Virus record (IMG/VR): IMGVR_UViG_3300032218_002330
Location: 1-48,855 of that record
Length of the DNA: 48,855 bases
Reading direction: 5' to 3' (one strand)
Origin: a virus
Lineage: Duplodnaviria > Caudoviricetes
Shown here: one piece after another, positions 1-9,800 of the stretch
Layout of the letters: every line of letters starts with the position of its first letter
How positions within the stretch are numbered: the stretch's first letter is position 1
Notes under the pieces: generated by a model
Told to the model about the DNA's origin: nothing
Database searches by the model: none
What the model saw: the letters and a program-made list of their open reading frames with translations, nothing else
Position numbers and translations under genes: made by a program

Positions 1-119
1 AATTTATATCCTGTTACAAACTTAGTTAGAGTATTTAAAGGCCTGGTTACAGCAATAGAAATAGTGGTACCACTAACTGTTGCAGTTAATCCCGTTACTG
101 GGTTAATTGTATTTGCCAT
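1..119 (-). CDS. N-terminal part of a tail/fibre protein (possible FN3-like strand), truncated by the window edge
   Basis: ATG at 119 with GGAGG upstream; reads MANTINPVTGLTATVSGTTISIAVTRP and stays open to the edge. Confidence 0.65.
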   Translation of the reverse strand, partial: MANTINPVTGLTATVSGTTISIAVTRPLNTLTKFVTGYK

Positions 120-134
120 TTATTCCTCCAACCT

Positions 135-1058
135 TTACAATAATTCTACAAAATATTCTATGTCTAAAGCCGTACTATATGTCTTGGCAATTGGTGTAGA
201 TAATGTAGATCTACTTATAACATAATCATTACTGGACAATTCACCAAAAGCTGATGTTTTTATAACATCAATAGTCAATGATGCTTCACTATCTGTAATA
301 ATATCAATAGACTGCAAATTTGAAAAATTTCTTATTGAAGAAGGCATGTTGGCGGATAACTTTTGATAAGATGTATCTGTACCTATATTATATTCTAATG
401 TAGCTGTTATCCCAGATATGTCTGTTAGTACAACTGTTAGTGTCCCGCCAACTGTATTGTATGCAAGTATGTCTAAAGTATCTACTTCGGAATAACCTAC
501 TAAAGTTGTTGAATATTCATTATTTGAAAAAATAGTATTTTGAGAAATTGTAACTGAATATGCACCATATCTAGGTGATCCTACTCCTTGTGGAACAAAA
601 AGATTAGACTGACTTAAACCTTGATTTGTTATACTTAATGCATTATTATAAATATTAGTTGTCCAATTTGTAAGATCTGTAAAATCTGTAATAATTTCAT
701 TATTCCTAGACAAAGCTTCTGAATTAATGGATTGTGGGAATAAACCAATTTCATATATATTTGCATACATATTTGCTGGAAGCGTTCCTCTAACAACTAT
801 TAAATCTGGACTTCCAGCATATGCAGGTTGATACGTTTTTAAAATTACTGGAACTCTCATTGTTTCATAAGCTAACTGAGTATCTGCTTCTGTTGGTGCA
901 TTTTGATTTACTGCCCCTATTGCTAGAGAAGAAGCCCAGTCTGGTTCTAAACCACAAAGATATTTCATTAAAATAGTTCTTCCATTTGTGGTAATTAAAT
1001 TTTTTGATCTTCCAATTTCTACGCCATTTTCTTTAAATATATATGTGCCTTTAAACAT
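135..1058 (-). CDS. Baseplate/tail-tip structural protein
   Basis: 307 aa; N-terminal NLITTNGR..LAIG..L.YE..R and C-terminal K...LDIEY.V pattern typical of fibre-anchoring baseplate proteins; lies downstream of Dit and the large tail protein. Confidence 0.6.
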   Translation of the reverse strand: MFKGTYIFKENGVEIGRSKNLITTNGRTILMKYLCGLEPDWASSLAIGAVNQNAPTEADTQLAYETMRVPVILKTYQPAYAGSPDLIVVRGTLPANMYANIYEIGLFPQSINSEALSRNNEIITDFTDLTNWTTNIYNNALSITNQGLSQSNLFVPQGVGSPRYGAYSVTISQNTIFSNNEYSTTLVGYSEVDTLDILAYNTVGGTLTVVLTDISGITATLEYNIGTDTSYQKLSANMPSSIRNFSNLQSIDIITDSEASLTIDVIKTSAFGELSSNDYVISRSTLSTPIAKTYSTALDIEYFVELL

Positions 1059-1851
1059 TTACTGTCCACCCCACTGCCCCAGAATTTACTGTAGTAGATG
1101 TTGTTTTGTCATCATAAACTACCGCTATATAGAATTGATACTCTCCGATAAAAGTACTTGGAACTGATCCCCCGCCATATTTAGGAGAATCACTTTGATT
1201 TAATACCCAAGTATGAATTCCTTTAACATTATTAATTGCTGCATCTTCTAAATATTCTGTGCTTTCTTGACCAAAAGTTCCTGGTAAATTTGCACCAGAT
1301 GCATAAATATAATAAGATGTGGCTTTTGGAATTTCATTCCAACTTATAGAAATTGTTGAAGATGTTGCTGTTACTGTATTTAATGTAGATGCATTAATTT
1401 TAGTTATTGTTGTATTGTCTGATATAGGTTCAAAATGGACTCTATACTCTATTGTATCGTCCCCGCCTAAAACTCCTGGATCAAAGCTAATTGTTAAATC
1501 TACTAAAACTTGTCCATCTATTGTGACAAAGTTTGTAGAATCTGGGTCTACTGAATCCCAAATTAAACTTACAGGAGGAACTAGAGTAGTGTTTAAATTA
1601 CCATAGTCTTCAGCATTTTCTGATGCATCCAGAAAGTCCCAGGAGCCACTACCGCTACCGCTTGCAAGGGAGTTAACATACTTTGCATATTCTATTTCTG
1701 AAAGGACTATAACCTGTCCTGAGACTGATTTAAGGTATTGTAAATCCTTTGATCTAGGGTCTGTCTCTGAAATTACATATATTTCTCTTTTTTTGACAGA
1801 GGCAGCTAGACCAGTTGCTGGTCTTTGACTTGAATTGTTTGATACGGTCAT
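1051..1851 (-). CDS. Minor tail protein with an FN3-like C-terminal domain
   Basis: 266 aa; TSSTISISWNEIPKATSYYIY is FN3-like; tail operon context. Confidence 0.5.
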   Translation of the reverse strand: MTVSNNSSQRPATGLAASVKKREIYVISETDPRSKDLQYLKSVSGQVIVLSEIEYAKYVNSLASGSGSGSWDFLDASENAEDYGNLNTTLVPPVSLIWDSVDPDSTNFVTIDGQVLVDLTISFDPGVLGGDDTIEYRVHFEPISDNTTITKINASTLNTVTATSSTISISWNEIPKATSYYIYASGANLPGTFGQESTEYLEDAAINNVKGIHTWVLNQSDSPKYGGGSVPSTFIGEYQFYIAVVYDDKTTSTTVNSGAVGWTVNV

Positions 1852-1888
1852 ATTGTCTCCCCCTAAATTATATCATTTTAATGGTATA

Positions 1889-4800
1889 TCATGCAATTTG
1901 GTTTAATGTCAATACAGTTTTTAGTCCTTCTTGGAATGTTTGACTAATTCCTTGAACAAAATACCTATTTGAGGATGTCTCATTTTCTCCAATATTCTTA
2001 AGGCTGTATTGAATGTGAACTACATCACCTATTTCAAACAAAGGATTTCCATAAATAGATATTTGAGTATCTCTACTAAACCCATCAATTGCTTTAAATA
2101 TAGTCTTTAAAATATTATTGGCTGCTTTTTTAGTTTGGACCCAATTTGAAGAAATTTCTATTGATTCTGATATATTTGTATAGTCAAATATTTTTTCAAT
2201 AACAGTTTCATTACCCAAAGAGATCATATTTTTGGTACTTATATTAAATTCAATATTAAATGGGTTAGTGTAATCTGAAGCATGTTTTATATAAACCATT
2301 CCTGGAGAACTATTAATTATTGCAAATTTAGCTCTCGCCCCTGAATAATGAATTGTTGAATAATTAAGTGAATTTTCATAAACCTTCATTGTTTTATATG
2401 GTGGGTTTAAACCTGCTTTATATGTTAATGATGGGTCATCTAGGTAATCCCAATTATATTTAACTTTTAATGGTATAGCAGTTAAGGCTGAAGAATTAGC
2501 TAAATCATTTTTAACATCATAATAATTAATACCAACAATTTGTGGTTGTGCTTGCATCATATAATTCATTTCAAATAAGTTTTTTCCATTTAAAATTGTA
2601 TCTGCAAACCCTTGTTCTTCATAATGGTAATATGTATTAGGATTGTTTAGTCTTGATTGACAAGCATAAAGTTCTGTAAATGCTACTGAGCCTGTTGCAC
2701 CTCTTACAAATATTCCAAACTTTCCACTTGTGTTTAAAATATTAGAATTAATATCAGTTATGTGTATTGCATCTATGTTAATTTTATTTTTGTTTATATA
2801 TATTTCATAAGTTGTGTTTGATATTTTAACAAATTTTAAGTTAACATATTTTCCAAAATCTTCAAATGGTGATTTTGGGGGGTATTGTGCAGATTGGTTA
2901 AATATTGCTTCGGTAATATCTACTTTTTGAACATTGTTATTCAACAAAGTTATAGGTAATCCATCTGTACCATATTTATAAACTCTTAAAGAAAATCCTG
3001 ACATTATAATGCCATTTCTATCTTTATATTGTTTTGCTGTATCTTGGGTTAAACTTATATGAATTGCTTGTTGAGTTCCTATACCGATTGTCATTCCAGA
3101 TTCAAACCCGTCTAACTTATTGTTCCCAGAATTTACACCAATTAACATTTTTGTAGAAAAAGTATTATAACCATTAATAGTATTGCTTACTTCTTCTATT
3201 CCATTATTTGCTGCAGCATATTCTGTAAAATTATTATTTGACGCTGAAAGCACTATAGACCCATTTGCAGTATCAATTGCTGCATCTTTACCACTTTGTT
3301 TAACAAGTTTTTTATTTAAATTTGTAAGATTATTAATTACTAAGTGATCTCTGACTGGGGTATTAAACAATCCTCTTTGAATATTTGCAATAACACCTGT
3401 TGGATAGTATTTATAAGAACCATTTAATCCAACAATACCTGATGCTTCATGTGTTGCTCTTTCTAAATCCGTTGAATTTGAAATATTATAAAAATATTTT
3501 TTCATAGTTCCATTAAGATTAGGACCGCTATAAGCTTCAACGCAGTATTGTTTATCTGTAAAATTTACAATTTCACCTTCAATTAAACAATATCCTACAT
3601 GGTCTATAGGGTACTGCCTAAATAATCTTTTACTAGATGAATTAGTATCAGTTTCACTTGGATCAATTTGTAATGAATTATGTTCTATTAACATGTCATT
3701 AAATAATAAATTAAATGGAACAACCTCTTCTTGTTCTAAATTCCAAAGAACGTGGCTTACAGTAACACGAGAAGTTTCTACGCTTTGTAAAGTTGAACTA
3801 CCACTTGCAGGGAACCATGTATTTACTTGTGGTGATTTATATTTTAATGTAGCTTTACCAAGTTTAACTTTAACTGTTTCAGTATAAGTATCTTGGACTA
3901 TATTGCTTGTTACTGTCAAATCTTGTTCATATATTGGAACAGCAATATCTTGTGGCATTGGATTATCATGAAGTAACATATCTGGTTTTGTATACTGGAG
4001 TATCTGCTCTAAGTTAATAAATTTAAGAACACCATATGCATCTACGTATGCTCCAATCTGATAAACTTCAAATATTTCTTTTAATACATCAAATACTTTT
4101 TGATTTTGTCCATCTACAAAGAAGTATCTCATAGATATCGGATGACTATTTACCGTATTTGTTCCATCTATCAGTTTATATTTATCTTGAGTTATCCTTC
4201 TAAGATCATCATAATCATAATCTGTAAATCCCGCAAAATCTAAAATGTTACTAATTACTGTAAATACATCTTGAGAATAAGATACATAATCTGTTGGAGA
4301 TAATAAATGTAAATATTTTGTTATATCATAGAGTTGAACTCTAGTTTTTTGAATATCTTGTCCATCCCAGGAGTCTGCGTAGTAGACTCCTCCTGGGATT
4401 ACTTTGTCTTTTGCTTGTGCATTTTCTACATTATCTCTAATTAAATAATTAATATAAAATTTTACATTCTTTTTAAACAAACCTTTAAGAGGTGAAGTGC
4501 TGGAGTTATTAGAAAATAAACTTAATACATGGTTACTTACTACAAATGGAATATTGGAAAGAGTAATTGTTGCACTATTTGAAGATATTGCTGAAATAGG
4601 AAGTGGGTTTGATTTGTTATCTAGCTCAACAGTTGTGTCTGTTTCCATTGCAAAACTACTTAAATCTAATTCTAGTCTTGGGGATAATTCAATAATTTGT
4701 AAACGCTTCATTTCATTTTGCAAATTTGTATTTGATGTAACTCCTGATTTAATTAAATTTGATGATTGCTGTGTAATAGTAATTTCATTAATTGATTGAT

Positions 4801-6130
4801 ATCTAGTAATATTGCCAGAAAGATCAAAAGTTGGCATTACAGTCCAAGGGGTTGTGGACCAAGATCCGTCTGATTGTAAATAAAGAATGCACACTCCAGC
4901 ATCTGAAATATCAGCAGCGATAAGAGTTTTTTGATAATAAGTAGAAGTTACTGTATTTCTTAAGGTTAACGATAGTTGTGCTGGTTTAGAATAAGCTAAA
5001 CTAAACTTAATAACTATTTTATTGGTTGCAAGTATTTGATCATACTTTGCTCCAATTTTTTGATTATTAAGATCTGAAACAAAATATCTATAAACTGAAT
5101 AGTCGGATATCATTCCATTTTTAAATCCAGGTATGTCAGTAGGCTTACTTATTAATGTTGGGTGATAAGAAACTGGGCTACATGGCATATATTTATCTTG
5201 CAAGTTTGTAGCCCCTTTAATTTTTCTAAAATCTGCAGGAAGCGGTGTTAAAGCATTCCCAGATGGAACATAACTTTCTCCTGGTCTAAATGCACCAAAC
5301 ACTGATTTAGTTTGCCACAAATTACCATATTGATATTCATATGAGCTAGTTTTATACATTTCAACTTGATCAATTAATATTGTATATGATTGAGATACAG
5401 AATCTTCTGAAGCAAAACCTAACTTAAGATCAAATGAAGAATATGTAGTATCTTGTGGCCTTGAACTTACATATACTTCATATTTAGTCCATAAAGCACT
5501 ATCAACAACGTGTGCCGATGAATTTGTTCTATGATAATCAATGTATGTTAAAGCAGTTAGGTATACACTTGGGGAAGGATTAGTTGCATCCCCCGTTTCT
5601 TTTACTTTGGCATAAAATACTATTTTGTAAGTATCATTTGCTCCGCCTGAAATTGGCACATTTATTGTTGCTGTACCCGAAGTTGCGGTTGATGTAAATT
5701 GTAAACATGGTCTTGTAGTTGGAATATCTTTTGTCCAACTTGATCCATTCCAAATATAAAATGTATTATCAGCATTTACAAACCATTCATCGTTTAATGT
5801 ATTTCCTGAACTTGGAAGATTTGCAACTGCTGCTTTGCTGCCCAGCAAATTTAGAATAGGGTAGGATGTAGTTACTTTGCCCATGCCATACCTATTCACA
5901 TCATCTTTTGCATATAAAGCAGTTACTCCTGATGTACATGACCAATTTGCAGCAGTCTTCCAATTCTTTGTTCCGCCAGTGCCATCAAATGCAAACTTAG
6001 TTCCATCTCCAGAAAAAGTAATATGTGGTTCATAAAATAGATTATAATTCCATTCTGCTGAAATTGCAGGAGTTAAATAATGAGAACTACCTGTAGAAAA
6101 GTATTGTTTTACAGCACTTGTACCTAACAT
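1889..6130 (-). CDS. Large minor tail protein (tail hub/Tal-like)
   Basis: 1413 aa directly after Dit; C-terminal GNPLFEIGDVV..Y.V..I motif typical of hub proteins; N-terminal CBM-like region. Confidence 0.7.
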   Translation of the reverse strand: MLGTSAVKQYFSTGSSHYLTPAISAEWNYNLFYEPHITFSGDGTKFAFDGTGGTKNWKTAANWSCTSGVTALYAKDDVNRYGMGKVTTSYPILNLLGSKAAVANLPSSGNTLNDEWFVNADNTFYIWNGSSWTKDIPTTRPCLQFTSTATSGTATINVPISGGANDTYKIVFYAKVKETGDATNPSPSVYLTALTYIDYHRTNSSAHVVDSALWTKYEVYVSSRPQDTTYSSFDLKLGFASEDSVSQSYTILIDQVEMYKTSSYEYQYGNLWQTKSVFGAFRPGESYVPSGNALTPLPADFRKIKGATNLQDKYMPCSPVSYHPTLISKPTDIPGFKNGMISDYSVYRYFVSDLNNQKIGAKYDQILATNKIVIKFSLAYSKPAQLSLTLRNTVTSTYYQKTLIAADISDAGVCILYLQSDGSWSTTPWTVMPTFDLSGNITRYQSINEITITQQSSNLIKSGVTSNTNLQNEMKRLQIIELSPRLELDLSSFAMETDTTVELDNKSNPLPISAISSNSATITLSNIPFVVSNHVLSLFSNNSSTSPLKGLFKKNVKFYINYLIRDNVENAQAKDKVIPGGVYYADSWDGQDIQKTRVQLYDITKYLHLLSPTDYVSYSQDVFTVISNILDFAGFTDYDYDDLRRITQDKYKLIDGTNTVNSHPISMRYFFVDGQNQKVFDVLKEIFEVYQIGAYVDAYGVLKFINLEQILQYTKPDMLLHDNPMPQDIAVPIYEQDLTVTSNIVQDTYTETVKVKLGKATLKYKSPQVNTWFPASGSSTLQSVETSRVTVSHVLWNLEQEEVVPFNLLFNDMLIEHNSLQIDPSETDTNSSSKRLFRQYPIDHVGYCLIEGEIVNFTDKQYCVEAYSGPNLNGTMKKYFYNISNSTDLERATHEASGIVGLNGSYKYYPTGVIANIQRGLFNTPVRDHLVINNLTNLNKKLVKQSGKDAAIDTANGSIVLSASNNNFTEYAAANNGIEEVSNTINGYNTFSTKMLIGVNSGNNKLDGFESGMTIGIGTQQAIHISLTQDTAKQYKDRNGIIMSGFSLRVYKYGTDGLPITLLNNNVQKVDITEAIFNQSAQYPPKSPFEDFGKYVNLKFVKISNTTYEIYINKNKINIDAIHITDINSNILNTSGKFGIFVRGATGSVAFTELYACQSRLNNPNTYYHYEEQGFADTILNGKNLFEMNYMMQAQPQIVGINYYDVKNDLANSSALTAIPLKVKYNWDYLDDPSLTYKAGLNPPYKTMKVYENSLNYSTIHYSGARAKFAIINSSPGMVYIKHASDYTNPFNIEFNISTKNMISLGNETVIEKIFDYTNISESIEISSNWVQTKKAANNILKTIFKAIDGFSRDTQISIYGNPLFEIGDVVHIQYSLKNIGENETSSNRYFVQGISQTFQEGLKTVLTLNQIA

Positions 6131-6816
6131 TATACCTCCGTAAAATCTATGTTAATATTGACTAGATCGTAAAAATTATTTCTTTTTACAACCTCATAAT
6201 CAAAGTTTGTAATATATGTAACATAGTCCATTGTATTAGAAGTAAATGTTCCTATTCCTGATACTGTTGCTGTATTTGTTCCAGATAGGGTTATTGTATT
6301 GCTAGATATATTTGTTATTTTAACTCCCGCCCTAATACCTGTTCCAGTAACTGACATACCCTTTAATAATCCAGTATTGTTATTTACTGTAATTGTACTA
6401 GAGCCAGATGTTCCAGATATAGTTTTTCTTGAACTTGCATAGAATGAATTTACATATGTATCTTCATCTGGTAATACATTTCCATTTACATCTGCAGCAG
6501 AATTTCCTTCATTTGAAGCAACCACTCTTACATATATAGGATTAAATACATTAGCTTCGTAGAATGATCTCATCCATGCTCCCGCTTTATTTAAATCAAC
6601 AGTGTTAGATGTTATGCTTGGAACCATTTGCCAACTTGTTGCTATTTTGTGTTTTCTTGCAACAACATATCTTCTTAAAGTTCCATCAGCCATACGATTA
6701 GTTTTTTCAATAACTTCAAATGTTATCTTAATTGGTTGACGATTATGATCGGTAAGCGGGAACCAAGTAATGTTATCAACAGATACTGATATACCAGCCT
6801 TAATTGCATATGCCAT
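6130..6816 (-). CDS. Distal tail (Dit-like) protein with an inserted module
   Basis: 228 aa immediately after the TMP; RMADGTLRRYVVA..K...W and C-terminal F.EV motifs. Confidence 0.65.
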   Translation of the reverse strand: MAYAIKAGISVSVDNITWFPLTDHNRQPIKITFEVIEKTNRMADGTLRRYVVARKHKIATSWQMVPSITSNTVDLNKAGAWMRSFYEANVFNPIYVRVVASNEGNSAADVNGNVLPDEDTYVNSFYASSRKTISGTSGSSTITVNNNTGLLKGMSVTGTGIRAGVKITNISSNTITLSGTNTATVSGIGTFTSNTMDYVTYITNFDYEVVKRNNFYDLVNINIDFTEV

Positions 6817-9800
6817 TATTTAACACCCACCTTACTTAACGAGCCATTCATTCCAACTCTTTGATTCAAAATTCTTTGTACTTCCATTGCTACTTCTTTA
6901 GCATTAGCATTTTGTGCATTTATAGTAATATTAAACGTTCCACCCATTGTACCATTATTCATGTTTGCGGGTATAATTGCTTCTCCTTTATGTATTTTAG
7001 CAATCATATCATATGGAACATTTGGAGTTCCTACTGCAAATGAAGGCATAGAATATTTAGGTGTATTTATCATTCCGCCATTAGCAAATGATCCAAGTTC
7101 TTTTAATACTGTTCCTGCTGGTTTATTTAAAGCTAACCATAATGCACTTGGAGTATTTCTTCCAGATCTAATATTTGGCATAATAGAACCAGTAAGTCCT
7201 GCATTATTCATCATTTTGCCTAACTCTGGTCCTGCATAATTATAATTTTTTCCGCCTAACATTTTCCACAAATCATAGTTTTGAGATTTAATTGATTTTG
7301 TAAAATCTATGTATTTGCCAAATGGAATGTTGGCTACTTGATGAGTTGGACCATATGTATCAATTCCTGTATTAAATCCTTGTGCATATCTTTCTGCTTC
7401 ATTTTTGCTGGAGGTGCTAAAGAATCCCATACCATAATGAGCATCTCTTGCATATGAACCATCCAAAACAGATGTGCCTGACATAGACATAGCAGAGTCG
7501 CCATGGTACATACCTTGTTTAACTAGGTTCTTAGCCTTAAAATAATTTTTATATTGATTAAGTAAATTAACTGGCTTATATGCCAAAGATGTTGCTTCAC
7601 TTAATTTTGCAATTAATCCGCCAATAGACCCTGGACCATAAGACATTTCATTCTTTAATAAAGGAACCTGTTCCATTTTTCCTGTATTTGGATTTTTCAT
7701 TACTATAGGTTTGTTGCTACCAAATAATAATTTGCTCCAGAAACTTTGTTTATTAACTTGACCACCATTTGCAAAATGACCTGCATTTAATGAATCAAAC
7801 ATTCCCTTGCCATATTTGTTAACTGAAGATGCTTTAATTACATATTCTCCATTTGATAGATATGCGGGTATTGAATCAGATGTTGCAGATCCTGCTCCAG
7901 ATATGTGTCCTCCAGAAGCTAATTTTAATTTTGGACCATACACGTTTTGCTTTGTTTGATCAAATTTATAAATTTCTGTACCAGTTAAAGTATCTGCAGC
8001 ATAAGCTTGTCCTTTCCAAGTAAATATTTTATATGAACGAGTAGGATCACCTGGATCTGGCATCCAAGTTGTAGTTGGGGTCTTACCACCTTGTGCTGCT
8101 TTAACTGCTTCTTTTAATGTTTTTGCTTCAACATTTTTAACTGGAACATTAGTACTTTGTCCATGACCAGCAACTGCATCAGATACACTTCCTGCTTTAT
8201 TAGCAGCTGCAATTTTGTCTGCAAGCGATTTAATACTTGCTTCATCTAACACAGTAGGTTTTGGGTCAGTAGCTTCATTTGAAAGTGTTTTTAAATATCC
8301 TTCAGATTTTGCAATACTTGCATTTTGTTTATCAAGTTTTGCTTGTAAAGTATCAACTAATGATTGCGCTGGACTTTTAGTTGTTGTATCTTGAAATTCA
8401 TAAGTTTTAGCTCTTAATTGTTGTTGTAAAGATTGTACCTTTAAATAATCACCTTGTGACCTAGCAACTCGAATTTGTCCTTCAAGATCTGTTTGAGTAA
8501 CTGCAAAATCATGTATTGCTTTTGCAATTCTTTGACTTTCTTGTTCAATTTTTAATTTTTTCTCAGCTGCTTTTAATTGATCTTGTAATGAAGTTGCAAC
8601 TGCTTGTTGTGCAGTAACTGTTTGACTTGCAATCCACAAATTTAATTTTTGTTGTTCGCCTTGTCTAATAAGACCTGCAATTAATTTTGGATCAGTTGCA
8701 AGCTTTAACAAATCTTCTTTAGTTGCATTTTTTGGGATAACATTACTTTGATTATATTTTAACAAAAATTGTGCAGCTGAAAGATTTAATCCCATATCAT
8801 TATATTTTTGTAATAATGTAGCGGTTGTGTAATCTTTAGCATCATTTGCAGCTAAAATTAATAAATTATAAGCTTGTGCTGTATCCCTAACACTTCTATC
8901 TAAAGCTTTTGCAGCAATTACTGCATCTCCCCAAGAAGTATTTGTATCCATAATTGTATTAAGAGTTTGGAGTAAACCATCAGCGTATCTTTTTTGATTT
9001 TTATTTAAACCTTCGTAAGAACCAGATAAAATTCCTGAAGCCCCTGCAGCATCTCCAAGTTTTTTTATCAAAGTTGATGTAGCTGTTTCTACATCTTTTG
9101 TAGCTGGAATAATTTCTTTTAACGCAGCAGAAAGATATTTTGATTGTCCTGAATATTCTAATATTGCTGCCACCATCTGTTTGACAGCTTTTGGATCCAT
9201 ACCTCCCGCAACTTGTGCTGCTGCATATTGCTTTAAAGTTCCAATAACAGAACTTCCTGTATCCATTTTACTAATGGAATCAGCAACTAATTTTAATCCT
9301 GATTTATCATTCAATTTTCCAATTGCATCTACATTTTCTTTTAATTTTTTTGCTTCTTCTGAAGTAAAAGCAATTTCTTTAGAAAATGTGTGAATATGTA
9401 TTGATTGATCACGTAAAGTTCCACCAAACATGCTAATCGCATCGCTGCTTGCTGTAAATGATGCAGTAACCATTGCTTGATGTTCTTTTTCTTTTGCAAT
9501 TAATGTTGATATACCGCTAGTTACTAATCCTAGTGCTGCTCCCGCTGCTGCTCCCCAAGGACCAAACATCATACCCATAGAACCCATACTTAAAGCTGAG
9601 GTTAGCATTTCTTTGCCAGCAAACTCTGGTGCTGCATTGAGAGCCATGCTACCACCCATCATTGCAAGGCTTCCGCCTATCATCATTTTACCGCTGGACA
9701 TTCCTTTAAGTCTTGAAGCAAATCTACCTTTACCTTTTGCTGTGTTTTCAGTTGCAATTAGTGCTTCTACAGCTGTTTCTTCTGCTGCTGCTACAACTAA

